A stretch of 64,000 bases of DNA from the human T2T-CHM13v2.0 reference genome, Homo sapiens, in assembly GCF_009914755.1 (NCBI RefSeq), contig NC_060934.1; one strand, written 5' to 3'. The notes under the pieces are model-generated. The model did no database searches, had not been told where the DNA came from, and was given only the letters and a program-made list of their open reading frames with translations. A program made the position numbers and the translations under genes. This document shows positions 24,386 through 37,332 of the stretch, one piece after another. The first letter of the stretch is position 1. Every line of letters begins with the position of its first letter.

Positions 24386-25641
24386 TATTGGAGACATAGT
24401 TACTAAGGTCATAATGTTTATCGTTTGGTAGCTATGAACCAGTTACTCATTAGGATGTAAATATAACTGGCTAACATTTAACCCCCACCTTACAAGCAAT
24501 AAATACTACCGTGACAGGAATGCTTTCTAACTCCTTAAAAGTCATGGTATTTCTCTTTGAAAGCATTTCATGTTTAAATAGAAAAAACTCCCCTATAAGC
24601 AGGAAAGAATATTTTATGCTCTCCATGTCAAAAATGGCTGAAACAACCTCTGATATGTGAGATGAATTGGATGGTCAAAAGCAGTGAATGAAAAGGATTT
24701 CCAGATAATGGCTGACTTGAAAGCTAAAAACTATACAACTCCTTAATAAGAGCAGTTACCGAATGACAAGTGATAGGCCAATTTGGAATGGAGTGAAATT
24801 CAGTGATGCATTTGGTATTTTTGTAGACTTTAAGTCCTAAGTGCTTCATCTCTCTGATGGCTATTACCACAGAATTAAAAAAAAAAAAAGAGAGAGAGGT
24901 TAAACAAAAGCATCAATTAATCTATATAGGAATTTGGATATTTTCATTGAAAATGAAGTCTTTTGAAATTTCTGGGTCTGTTTAATTTAAAGCATTCTGA
25001 GTCTGTACCAAAGATGAGCAATAATTGCTCACAAGGGTACTGGGGTTCTCTGTTGCATTGTGAATATGGAATTGTAGTGGTAGTTAGCAACATATAGTCC
25101 ACTGGTTCTAGCTATGTCCTCGTTTTCCATGGTTTAATTTTTGCAAGCCCTGTCAATATATTTTAAGATTAGGAAAGTCATTAAGAATCATTTTGTGTAA
25201 GCTGTCAGGATAGGTGTTTTCCAAGCATAGTATTTTTCATATTTCTATCTGATTATTTTTGATATTTATTTGGTTGTATTCTAGAACAGCTTTGACAGGA
25301 TTTTGGAGATTGGGGTGAAGCACTGAACCAAAGTCACAGATATGCACATATCCCTCTAAGAAGGTGAAGTTAACATTTGTCAGAGGGACCTGGAAGATTT
25401 CTTTGTAACCACCTGTCCAAGGAGTTTGGTATCTCTAAAAGTGAACAGGCAGAGCATGTCTGGTTAGTTTTGGAAGGGGCGTGACTAACAGGTGATGGAG
25501 TGTTGTTCTTACTGTTGAAAGATTTTCTTAAGGGGCAAGTGTTTTATTTTCTGGTATTCATGGGACATTGTAGGGGTTAGGATATTTTCAGCTTCATATG
25601 AAAGAAACCCACTCAAGTTGGCTTAAACAGCAAGGACAAAT

Positions 25642-26110
25642 ACAGTAGTTCCCCCTTATCCACAAAGTATACATTTCAAGACCCTAATGAATATCTGAAA
25701 TTGCAGATAGTGTTTTTTCCTATTCATACATACCTATGACAAACTTTATTTCATAAATTAGATGGTAAGAAATTAACAATGATAATAAAATAGAACAATT
25801 ATAAAAATATGCTATAATAAAAGTTATGTAAATGTGGTCTGCCTTTGTTTCTCAAAACATCTTATTGTACTGTAGATCTTAGCAACTTCACATACACATC
25901 TTTTTTCCTTATTAAGCCGAGAAGATTCACATTTTCACTTAAAGAAACCACTTCATGACTTCCCTATGGCATATCCGGATTGCCGTGATTCCATGTCCTG
26001 CACCTTAAGGCCAATTTTAAATAAAATAAAGGTTATTTGGATGCAAGCACTGCTATCCAACACACTCAATCTGGTAACCCAGATGGCTCCTAAGTGAATA
26101 ATGGGCAGGT
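25642..26110. mobile_element. Tigger-family DNA transposon (MER44/Tigger7-like)
   Basis: cagtagttcccccttatcc TIR-like start and the typical AT-rich body. Not seen in copy B. Confidence 0.65.
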
Positions 26111-28477
26111 GGGAAGTGGCAACTCAGGCCAGTTCTCAGACCTGAGTATGAGGTCAGTTGCCCCCTGGGCACATTGGGCGCATGGGGTGAGAATAGATAC
26201 ATGGACAAAATTGGGGTTCTATAAAAAAGGAGGGAAACTATGCTGGAGAAGAAACTTATGAAATGCCCACCAGATCCTTAAACTCTTCCTGGTAAAATAA
26301 AAGCAAGGGTGCTAGGGAGGTGAATGATGACAGACGCTGGGGCAGTGGCGAGACCAGTGCGACAGTTCTGAATCTGTGGGGGACAGACAGTCAGAGGGGG
26401 TCTTTGAACAAGATGTGGAGAATTACTAAACTCTCCTGGAGAAGCAGAGAGAAAAACTGCAGTGCAGAAGGCCATGAGGAAGGAACATACAAAGGGGAGA
26501 AATGCCGGTCTGCCTAGGACCATTTGGAAACTAGGAATTACCTGAAGGAACAAAGATCCAAGGGACATAACTCCTCAAAAGCTGGTGTGAACCCAGATCT
26601 TTCCTCCAAGAGGACACTGCTTGGGGTACCTAAGACATTGATTTCTGGGGTCCCCCAGAAAACAAGTTAGATAGTAAGAGATTAACTGCTTCTTCTTCCC
26701 ACGCAGCCGCAGCCATGCTGGGATGCTGCTGGCGGGGAGCACAGCTGCCCTGACACATTGGAGCCCATGGTAGCATCCTCAGCATGGACAACAAGAGGAA
26801 GGACGTATCCTCTCCATGGGCTCCCGCATTTGTTCCATGTGGGTATTCACATCCAATGGTGAGGAGCTTTGTCCTCCCCCAGCCCAGGGCCTGAAGAAAG
26901 ATGAATGAGGGGTAATGGGACAGGGTATCTGGAGTAAGAGGAGGAAGGAGAATTGTGAGGAAGCATTGCAGTTTACTTTGGTAATACCTGGGAGCTTAAC
27001 ACTAAAACGGCCTTAGCACTGAATTCTGAGCAGAGAGGAAACTTACCAACTTCGCTTCTGCCTCCCTTCCTCAGTTGGGATGCTATGAGTGGCTAGATGG
27101 CTCCTAGCCCAGAAGTGTCGGCCTGTTCTACTTGAGTTGGAAAGCTCCTTCACACTGTGAACCCATCAGGGCCTGTGCAAATAATTACGGGAAGGAAAGG
27201 ACAAGTGTGGCCTCTATGATTCATAAGAAGAAGAAGAGCAATGCAAGAGAAAACTGTTCTGAAGGCATGGACTGGCATTTCCAAAAGGGCCTCAGCTGGA
27301 GCAGAGACACTGAAAAGATGCCAGTCCCACTGGAATTCAGGAAAACACACATTTAATAAAGTTAGGTATTGTTTCTAGCATATTTGATCAGCAAGACACA
27401 TTAAAAGATTTGGTAAATAGTTCAGAAAAGTGGATACTCCTGTTGTCTTGGTTGTTGTATAAATTGGCAACAGTCCTTGGTAGGCACTGCAGCTCACATT
27501 CCTATTCATGGTAGAGGAACAGTCCATCTTAAGTCCATACCACGTTTTATTTACTTACTCATCAGCTGATGGACGCTTGGGTTGCTTCCACATGCTGGCT
27601 ATTATGAGCAATGCTGCTATGGAAATTCATGTACCAATTTTTGTGTGGGCTTATGTTTTCATTTCTCTGAAGTATATATCTGATGGAATTTATGGGCCAT
27701 AAGGGAACTCTCTGTGTAACCTTAAGGAAAACTGCCAACCTGTTTCCACAGAGGCTTGTGCTGTGTTATTTTAATCACAACCCTGCCCTGGGACTGAGCC
27801 GTGTAGGTCCTAGCATGACCCATGGATAATAAATACAGACACAGGTACTCATGCCATCCACCTGGACATTCGCACACAGGTGGACCTGCCCCTGCAGTGG
27901 CCCCACCATGACCCACTCACACCTCGAGCAGCTCAAGGGCCTGATTCTGTGCCTTTGTCCTCCACAGATACAGAGAGGGCGGTGGGAGCCACAGGCAGTC
28001 AGGAGGTTGGGACCTCGCCCTAGTGCCACCCCTGATGCCCTGTGACTTTGGGTAAGTCTCCTGCTCTTTGTGGGTCTTGGTTCCTTGCTTGTCCAAGGAC
28101 TCCTGGCCTGCCTCACCTCTCAGGTGTTATGAGACTTTTTCAATGTAACACAGGTGAAAGTGCTATGAGCTAAACCTAAGGCAGGTGGGCTGCCCAATCA
28201 GGAGGTCATGATGGTCTGTGGTCAACTTGTGATTCTTCCTCTGAGACCACCCAGAGAGGAAAAGAGGAGAACCTGATCATTATATCTCATTCTAGGTGAC
28301 AGAGGACTCTGAACCAGACTGAGAAGGAACAGTGTTCATTAGCAGCTAGCCACACCTCACGCCTCCCTCTCTAGACCACCCAGTGCTGCAGGTGATCCTG
28401 CAGCACACTCAGATCCTGCAGCTTGGACAGCCTTGGCTCCAGGTGAGAGGGAGGAGATCAGATTTCAGGAGCGGCTC

Positions 28478-28484
28478 TATATAG
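28478..28484 (+). promoter_or_regulatory. TATA-like box of the spermadhesin-type exon 1 paralog
   Basis: TATATAG 63 bp upstream of the ATG at 28541, the same spacing as the 43862 copy. Confidence 0.6.
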
Positions 28485-28540
28485 CTCCAAGCCACCAGAG
28501 CTGTGCTCACTCCTGAGGCTGGTGCCAGGCTCTGCTCAGG

Positions 28541-28586
28541 ATGAGGCTGTCCAGAGCCTTCGCTTGGGCACTGCTGTGCAGTACAG
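28541..28586 (+). pseudogene. Spermadhesin-type signal-peptide exon 1 (MRLSRAFAWALLCST); own exons 2-4 deleted
   Basis: Near-identical to 43925-43970 with an intact cag|gtaatg donor. Near 28945 the homology jumps from intron 1 to the 3' flank. Confidence 0.85.
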
Positions 28587-31500
28587 GTAATGTGTGGCCC
28601 CCGAGCCCTCTGTCCTGGGCTTCTCTTTGCTTTCCTGTTCCACTCTGAGGTTGTTGTAGTTTGCTTTTTGCATAGGAAGAAGCTCATGGCTGATTGGCTG
28701 TGAGATACTCTCCTCCATACAAAATGTGTCACTTTCCCCTTAGTACTGGAGGAGGAAGGGACAGACAGGGATTGTTCTGGTCACTAGGCTGATGTCAGCA
28801 TGATTTTTAATGTTTCTCAGCTCTTGGATCTATGGGCCTCTTCCTTGCCTTAAGCAACTTAGGCTGAGATTCTACGGGGGGCAAGCCAGAAGTGGCTGAG
28901 AGAATGAGACACGGTCTTGCTTTGGAGGCGTTCCAGGTGGTGTGAGCATCTGCCAATGCTCCCCTGGCTCATGCAAGCCTGGCTCTGCACATGTTGGGCA
29001 GAGGCTGCACCTGTGACTGCAGAAATAAGATTGAGCCACAGTTTTCCTGCATCAGCCTTGGGTGAGGGAGAAGGAGTATGACCCAGTAACCCTTCCAGAA
29101 ACATACATGGATTCTGTTCCAGCATTTCTGTACACCTACTTCTTTGGGGTCAGTAGGTCAGATGTGAAAACTATTCTATCGTTCCTGTCCTTTTGATATT
29201 GGAGCATGTGTCTGTTAGACTCTATCTTCTTCCTCTTTGTTGATCTTATTATAAGCCCTATGGCATTTCCCAATGTATTTATGCGAAATGAGTAGCATAT
29301 GAACTTTATAATATCAAGGATGTATAATACCCAATGTCTATATAAGATATATAATCCTGGAAAAAATATATAAAATAAAGAAACTCATAACTCATGGAAT
29401 GTGATGACAGTTGGTGCCCTATGAATTACTCTCTGTACTGAAACACACAGCACACATTCCCCATCCCTAAAAGGCTTGTATTCAATTGAGGACTGAAACC
29501 AGCTCACACAGAGTCAAATAGCAGCACAAGAAGCAATGGCCCCCGACACCCCCACCAGGCAGCCGTGGCAGCTGCAGACACTGTGAGGTCTGGGGTTCAC
29601 CCAGCTGTGCTGTTCACACCAGGCTTCCCAGTGAGGTGGAGCTCAGGTCTGGCCTCCAGCATGGGGAGGTCTGGAAAGGCCGGAATAGGACGTGCTGAGC
29701 AGGTGCCGTGAGCAGAGGTGGAGTCACCCGAATGGGGTGAATTTAGGAACAAAGAGAACACAGAGAAAGGTGCTCCCTCCTTAGTCTGAGTGTTTCAGGA
29801 AGGGCAAAGCTCACCCTGGGGCCTGGGTTAGGCACATTTGAGCATGTTCAACTGCATTTCAGGCACATTGCTGAAGTGGCCGCTTCTTGCTTCACTATGC
29901 GTGAGGTCTCTCTGGGGACAGAAGAGGGCTTGGCTCCTGGTCTTTGTTCTAGATAGGTCTGGGCTTTTTCCAAGACACTTGGTGGGCCTTGGGGAGGCCC
30001 ACAGTCCTCCATGAATGTGATTTGGGGAGAGGAAGACACAGGGTCAGGGACCTTCCAGAACTGACCTTGCAGAGTTTCCCTCCACTCATGAAGCTGGAAG
30101 GAGCGTTTGGATCCTGTAAACCTCACATGAAGCGAGCATCTCTGTCGTGTCGTCTAAGTTGTTCTGAATGTTTGTCCTGGAGCTTGAAGGATTGCCTGAA
30201 ATTCACTGACACGTTTGGAGAGGAAAAACAAATCCTACTTTTATTTGCCCTTTCTGATTTTTCTAAATTAACAGATACAGAGGTGCTGCAGGCAGGCCTT
30301 GTCCTCTAGCTCTGGCATGCAGCGCACGGTCCCCTGGGATTTAGTGAGAGCAGATCCAGGTCTTTGATGGTCCCAGAGCACCCTGGAGTGGAATAATATG
30401 ATGGAACCAGCTGAGTCCTAGCTTCTGCTTAGCACGCTGATGTCTTTGGCTGGAAAGGGTCTAGGGAAACCCTGGCCAAAAAGGAGCCAAAGAAATAAAA
30501 ATAACAAGGCGCCTATGTCCATTCTCCTGCTGACTGACATGCGGCTCCAGGTCAGACCTTTCACCTCTGTCAACCACGATTTTCTCATTTATGAATTGGA
30601 GATAGAAACAGGTAACAAAGAAATAATAATGGTGAAGACCATTAAACACTTATTCAACACTCAACATTCTGTAGGTACTACATCAATAATTTCATACAGG
30701 TTGTCTAATTTCACCATGATTGGAACTTTTTGAATAGTAATAATTTTCCCAAAATTTTTAGGGTTTGAGAAAGTAAATAAGTTGCAAACAGCTTCCCTAG
30801 AGGCACATGCTGTCATGCTAGCTAGGACTGTGATGAGGGCCATTCTGATGCAGAGGCTGGGCTCCTGCCGCCATGTCTGTCACGAGTGTGAACCACAGAG
30901 CCACGTCTCCTGAGGGAGGCCCTGCGACTGCACCCAGAGCTCCTGCATCCAAGTCCGTGACACGTCCCTGAAATGGTGAGCCTTCCATAAATAAACGTGT
31001 CATTTCCCTTCACTTAACAATGTTATTCAAGTTGATTATTGATTTTATTATGAAATTTACAATAAGAAATGTTTAGAAAAGGTTTAGTGTGAAAAACTCT
31101 CCAGTTTTGCCCAGGATGAAAGGTTTCATGGACAAGTGATCTTCCACGCTAAAGCAACAAAAATCATCAAAACTAGGACAAGACAGTCCCCTTGATCAGA
31201 GCAGTTTTTCAGACTGTGGTGTCAGAATGTGGACTTTGAGTCGAACCGAGCAAGGAGAAAGCAGCAGTGAGTGAGCTGGGCCGTGAGTGCTGAGAGCCAT
31301 TCCTTCTTTCCTTGGGATGCAGGGCTGCTCCAGGGATGGGGACAGCGATATCCCCTCCTCTCCCTGCCCAGCTCTGTCCCTTTGCACTCAAGCTCCTCTT
31401 CATAGTGTGGTCATTTTCCATTCTTCTCCCTTGACCCATTGGTAACTTCGGCTTTTCATTTTGCTTTTCTGTTTTCATGATTATTCAGGAATAATCCATT

Positions 31501-32475
31501 TACCAACAATGACAAGAAGTAAACATGAGCAATATATATTCACCCTTTCCCTCTCCTCACACAAGGACTATGTATTTCTGAGTTGGACACCATATGTCTC
31601 GACAGGAAGTGTAGGACCTGAGCCTTTTTCTGGGCCAAAAGAATGTGGTACATGTATCTGAATATCAGCTTCAGCACTGATACAACTTCAGCTCAATCCT
31701 GAAACTTCTCTCTCCACACATGGTCTTCCTCTGTGTGTCCCTCAACTCCTTCCAGCCCCATGGAGCCCCCCTCTTTTCCTGCCTTCTCTGTAGCCTCACT
31801 GTGCAGAGAAAGGAGCCACCTCTCCACAGAGCTGTGTCCCAGGAGAATGGGAGCCTCTTCTAAACACCTGGAGTCCTAGAGAGCTGAGGGGCTGCTCCAT
31901 CCTCGGAGTCAGAGATGAAAGCCTTGAAGGAACAGGGAAGAACTGCAGCGTGGAGAGGGTGGGTCGGAGGGAGGAGAGGTTTCCTCCTGCTGCAGGCAGC
32001 CTGTTGATGGATGGATTCATTTACTTAGTGCTTAGCCAGTTGCTGGGTACCTGCTGGGCACTTTACACACCCGAACACATTTGCCCCCTTATGCGAGGTG
32101 CTACTTTCATCCTCACTGAACAGTGTTCTGGAACCGCACCCTCAGGTCTTACAGTGACATGGATTCTCATGTATGGGGGTGGTTAGGCCTCTCTGGGGGC
32201 AGGAACACTGCCTATTTGCTATTTTTTCTGGCCTCCTTAGGAAAAGACAATCAGAGTGGTAGAAAGGAGGTGTTCGTGCTGACTTTCTGTTTTCCACTGT
32301 GGCGGTGGGGTAGATGATAAAGAAGATTTGGTGAGGGGTGCTAAATTTCTTCTATTTCCCAGTGATCTAAAAGAAATTATACTACAAATGGGTGTGATAA
32401 CTCAAAATCTCTGAGTGTATGAAACAGAAGCCACATTAGTTTTGGGGGAATGGCTATCTGGTCACCAATTTCCTT

Positions 32476-32800
32476 TTTTGTTTTTGTTTTGTTTTGTTTG
32501 TTGTTGTTTGTTTGTTTGAGACCAAGTCTGGCTCTGTCACCCAGGCTGGAGGGCAGTGGTGCTATCTTGGCTCACTACAACCTCCACCTCCTGGATTCAA
32601 GTGATTCTTGTGCCTCAGCCTCCTGAGTAGCTGGGATTACAGGCGTGCACAACCACACCCAGCTAATTTTTGTACTTTTTAGTAGAGATGGGGTTTCGCC
32701 ATGTTGGCTACACTGGTCTCAAACTTCTGATCTCAAGTGATCTGCCTGCCTCGGCCTCTCAAAGTTCTGGGATTGCAAGCGTGAGCCACCGCACCTGGCC
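32476..32800 (-). mobile_element. Alu (AluS-like)
   Basis: Reverse Alu flanked by TSD tcaccaattt. Confidence 0.93.
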
Positions 32801-32929
32801 TGATCACCAATTTTTCTGAGAACACCTGGAAGTTGAGAGTATCAACAACCATTTGCCCCAGAGATAGCAAAGTCCCTCAGCTCAGGAGATGCCCTGGAGC
32901 CACGGTGGTTCCTGATTCTCTGGTTGTAG

Positions 32930-33214
32930 GACCCGCTCAGTGTAGGAGTGTCCTTAGTGTAGGGGTGTCCTCAGTGTAGGGGTGTCCTCAGTGTGGGGGT
33001 GTCCTCGGTGTGGGGGTGTCCTCGGTGTGGGGGTGTCCTCGGTGTGGGGGTGTCCTCGGTGTGTGGGGTGTCCTCGGTGTGGGGGGTGTCCTCAGTGTGG
33101 GGGTTGTCCTCACGCATTCTCTGGGAAGGTTTTCAACTCAGGAACAAAACAGAATCTGTCTGGGCCATCCAGGTGAAACTAAAAGGAAATCTATCTGTTA
33201 TTTCCTTTCCTCAA
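32930..33214 (+). pseudogene. Spermadhesin-type CUBa pseudo-exon disrupted by a minisatellite and frameshifts
   Basis: ttgtag| acceptor and cctcaa|gtgagt donor in the same contexts as 47799-47934. Remnants QCGGVLT, SGKVFNSG and ESVWAIQVK lie in shifting frames. Confidence 0.85.
32936..33111. repeat. Minisatellite, 10 copies of 17-18 bp (ctcRgtgtgggggtgtc)
   Basis: Units counted directly. Confidence 0.95.
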
Positions 33215-35078
33215 GTGAGTGCTCAGGATGTGATTTCCTTTGTTGATGGTATAGTTTGCTGGGATGAAATCCACATGGCGTCTTGCCAGTTTACCCCCAC
33301 CCAACCCAGAGGCCTCTAAATAGAATTGGAGGCTTCCACTCCTGCTGCAAATGCATTTAGTGCCTCCCTGTCTTCCAGGTCAGGTGCTCTCTCCTTAGCC
33401 TGCATTGCAAAATACTTCCCAATGTGGCTCCTGGACCTCTCCTCCCCTCCACCCACTCCTGCCCTCGGCCCCCTCCACACTGGGGTTCCTGGCACCACCT
33501 GTGAAGCAGCTCCATGCCATTGCTCACACTGGGCTCTGATGAGAACGCCTACTTCTACCCCTGTCAGACTCATCTGCCCTATCCTTAGGGTCCTCTACGA
33601 GGATTTCATGATTCAGCTGGAGGCCCAGCTCTTCTGTAGTGTCTGCGTGACTCCTTCCCAGACGGGCAGAGCTCTTTCTTTTGCACCCTACTAGATACCT
33701 TCAGAAAAGGCCGAGTTGTCTTTTCAATGTACACCGACACTTGTTTCATTCTTTGACGCCACTGCAATGAAAGCTCTCTTTTGGGGTTCAAGGCAAAATT
33801 GTTAATGAATGAATACATGAATGAATGATTGAATGAATGAAAGCAGTGATAAGATCCCAGAAGGCAGAAAACCCTGTAGCATTTATACCCAAGACAGTCT
33901 GTTTTGATTGAGCATGGCAGCCACATTTCCATCAATTCCAGACAAAGCCAAACACAACCCAGGATGTGGATGAGAAAGATGATGGAATATATGTGACTAA
34001 GGTCCCCCTTTCCCTCCACACTGGCTTTTGGGCTGGGACCTCAAGGTTATGCAGGTGCTCTGTGTGACAAAGGACATCTTTTGGATGGCTGCCTCAGATA
34101 CAGAACTTAGACCATTTGCCCAACACGGGCTCCAGTGATTCTGAAAAAGGACTTGCAGCACAGGAGACCAAGATGGAGAAACAAGGAGAGAAGGAGGTTG
34201 GAGTTGGGAATTCCCTGTGCCACCATTTTTCCGGGCTCAGAAGGATTGGCAGCTCTGAACATTTTCCTGTATTGTCCTTTTGCCCTTTTCAAAGATTGGT
34301 TTTAGATCTCACTGTCCTTGGCATCAAGGAAGCACTCAGGCTGGGCCAAAAGCAAAACTAGTATGAAGTCAACCCTGTGTGTGTCCTAATGGGATATGTC
34401 TTAACTGTCTTCTCATACTTCAAATAAGCTGTAAACACTCTCCCATGTACATAAAGCTTGCTGGGGGCTAATTGAGGATGAGAGGTCAGGTTTGAAGACT
34501 GAAGGGGGTAAGAGGAGTGGGGAGACCCCTCAGGAGGGCGACATTCCATGTCCACAATATCTCACTGTAGGTAAGAAATGGAGGCCCCTCCCTGCCTTGA
34601 GTCAGGGAAGCCAAGCTTGGGCTGGGGACCCTTGTTGCCCCTCTATTTGCCAAGGGCAGGAATCACAGAGTGGCATCCACACACTCATGTCTGGAGCATC
34701 TCATCCTGACACAGAGGCTGTGGCTGAAAACACATGTCCCTGAGATGCAGATTTTGTAGCTTGTGGGGCCTGAAACACAGCTGGTGGCTGGAATTAAAAT
34801 TCCTGAGTGGTATTCCCATCCACAGGCAGGGCTTCCAAGGGCACTCGGAAGACGCCTGCAGTCCTGGTGAAGAAAACATTTATTTTATTCAGGGGTTATG
34901 GAAAGAGACTAATCTGTGTGCAGAAGAGCTGTTAGACTTTCCATTCCTTGCTCGCCCCGGGCCTTGCACTTCTGAGAAGTAAGCTAATGAGAGCTGGTGC
35001 CACTCGCTGGGGAGGAAGCTGCCTGCTGGAGTTAGGCTGATTCCAAATGCTGACACCTGTCAGTTCTCTGCCCCACAG

Positions 35079-35270
35079 CCTCACCTATGGGAGTGAACAG
35101 GTAGAAGTCTTGGATGGATCTCTGGGGTCCAGATCCCTGAGCAAAATGTGTAAAGATATGTCCCTGACCTACCAATCCTCTTCCAATATTATGACCATCA
35201 CATATAACAGAACTTTCAGCCAACCATCCACATTCTTTGTGGGATGCATATTACCATAGTGACTCAGAAG
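35079..35270 (+). pseudogene. Spermadhesin-type CUBb pseudo-exon
   Basis: cacag|; LTYGSEQVEVLDGSLGSRSLSKMCKDMSLTYQSSSNIMTITYNR aligns to 49890-50091. The conserved Cys is replaced by Tyr, there is a frameshift near 35240, and it ends at aag|gtaggt. Confidence 0.85.
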
Positions 35271-37094
35271 GTAGGTGGGGAAGGGGAAAACCTGCTGATT
35301 CTCCCCTTCTCTGTGGAAGCCAGCTGAGTGGCATGCTGCATATAGAGATGTTTCTGTGACTGCCAGAAAAAAAGGTGAGACCGCTTTCCAGTGGCCAAGT
35401 ATTGAGTACAGGTAGTACAAAAAATGCATTGGGACATACGATTATAGCCTGGAGCAACTCATGTTGACACATGAGTAGAATAATGCCCAGTCTGTATCCC
35501 CAGAGGCTTGTATTCAGTTGAGTACTGAAACCAGCTCACACAGAGTCAAGTGGCAGCACAAGAAGCAATGGCCCCCGACACGTCCACCAGGCAATGGGTG
35601 GAAGCTGCAGACACTGTGAGGTCTGAGGTCGGCCCCACATGCGCTGATCACACCAGGCTTCCCAGTGAGGTGGAGCTCAGGCCTGGCCTCCGGCATGGGG
35701 AGGTCTGGGAAGACTGCAAAGGACGTGCTGGGCAGGTTCCATGACCAGGAGTGGAGTCACCTGAGTGGGGCGAACTGAAGGACAAGGAGAGAGAGGCACT
35801 TCCTCATGGGCCCTGTAGGCATTGCTGGTGCAGAGATGTGTGCACTGGGGTGGTTTGGGGCAGGACGGCTGGGTGGAGCATTTGAGAGGCTCAGACATGA
35901 GGCTGGACCTCTTAGGGGTCTCCTTCCTGGAACATCCCCCCAGCTCTGTCAACTCCTCTCCAGCATGGGGGGCCCCTCTGCCCTCCCATCTGGGAAGCCT
36001 CACTGGGCAGGGAAAGGAGCTGCCTCTCCACAGAGCCTGTGTCCCATGGGGGACAGGAGCCTCCTCTAATCACCCAGAGTCTGGAGAGCGGACGGGCTGC
36101 TCCAACTTCAGAGTCAAAAGTGAGAGCTGTGAAGGAAAAGGGAAGAATCGCAGCATGGAGGATGCGGGCTGGGGGCAGGAGCAGTTTCCTTGTGATGCAG
36201 GCAGCTTATTCATTTATTTTTTACCAAGGACAGAGGACTTGCCAGGTACAGAACAAACCTTTTAAAATAGGAACATATTGGATCCTAGAACACCTCTTCC
36301 ATGCCACTTCTTTTTTAACTCCTCAGGTGACTGCGTCTCTCTCTCCTTTTGCCTCATCAGTCACCCCATGAAAATCTATAGTGGATTTTAGCATAAAATG
36401 TTACTTGCATTTTTATTTTTGTCTGCCACTATGGAAACTCTAACTTTGGGTTCAAGCCATATTTCCTAAATGAATGAATGTGTGACTAGTGTGATAAGAT
36501 CACGGAAGGCATTAGCAACATAGCAGTAAGTTACTGCCCTGCTATCCCAGGGCCATCATCATGGATTTTAACGTGGGAGTCACATTTCCATCAACTCCAG
36601 ACAAAGCCAAGGGCAGGCCACAGTAATGGATGAGAGACGTGATGAAATCTGAGTGACTAAGGGCTCCTCCCGCTCCAGAGGTGGAGTGGTGTCAGGACCC
36701 CCACTAAGTTTCTCGGGGCTTTCTAGGATGAAGGACACCTGGGAAATGGCTCTTACACGAGCAGTGCTACAACCCTCTACAAAACTTTGTTTTCATAAGG
36801 CAGCAAATAATGGTATGTTCATGAAGGTCATGATTCAGGGAACAGAGAGGAGTTTGAGGGGAGGACAGGGCTGAATGAGCCAGGCATTTCTTGTGTCGCT
36901 ATTTCTCCAGGGGTCAGAAGAGTGAGATGTTTGGAACATTTTCCTAAGGACCCTTTCCTTTTTCAAAGGTATTTTGGTTCTGACTGTCCCTGTCACCAAG
37001 AGGCTCAAGGTTCAGCCAGTAGGAAAACTCGTACAGAAGGTCCCCATATTTCTGCTGTTCTGAGATGTGCCCCTCTTATCTTCTTATCCTACAG

Positions 37095-37332
37095 AGCCTC
37101 TGGGCTCCCGCCTGGGAGCAGGAGATACACTGGGGGCTAAGTGAACACGAGGGGTGGTGGATCAGGCTGAAGTGTTGGCCTTGAAAAGTGCCTGGTCTGG
37201 CCAGGGCTGCAGGCCTTCTTCCTGGAGGACACGCTCTGCTCAGAACAGGGCTGCTCCTGTGGAGCTGCCCTAACAACAACTTGCTCTCCCATAACTGTGG
37301 CCATGGGTGAGGGGTTGGTGTTATCTGCTCAG
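37095..37332 (+). pseudogene. Degenerate SRCR exon of DMBT1 type
   Basis: The 3' part reads [29 protein letters not shown]...GVICS and ends atctgctcag|gtgggc, matching the end of the SRCR exon at 2322. The 5' part is decayed and its start is approximate. Confidence 0.8.

Larger units (their letters stand above)
25050..32460 (+). repeat. Segmental duplication copy A (paralog of ~40740-56420, with internal deletion)
   Basis: Colinear similarity by eye: 25060~40745, 26860~42330, 27780~43180, 28950~50110, 29820~51020, 30820~53720. Boundaries are approximate. Confidence 0.85.

Noticed and set aside
32982-33319. CPRCGG-repeat ORFs resembling zinc fingers
   Set aside because: Derived from the 17-bp minisatellite in a pseudo-exon.
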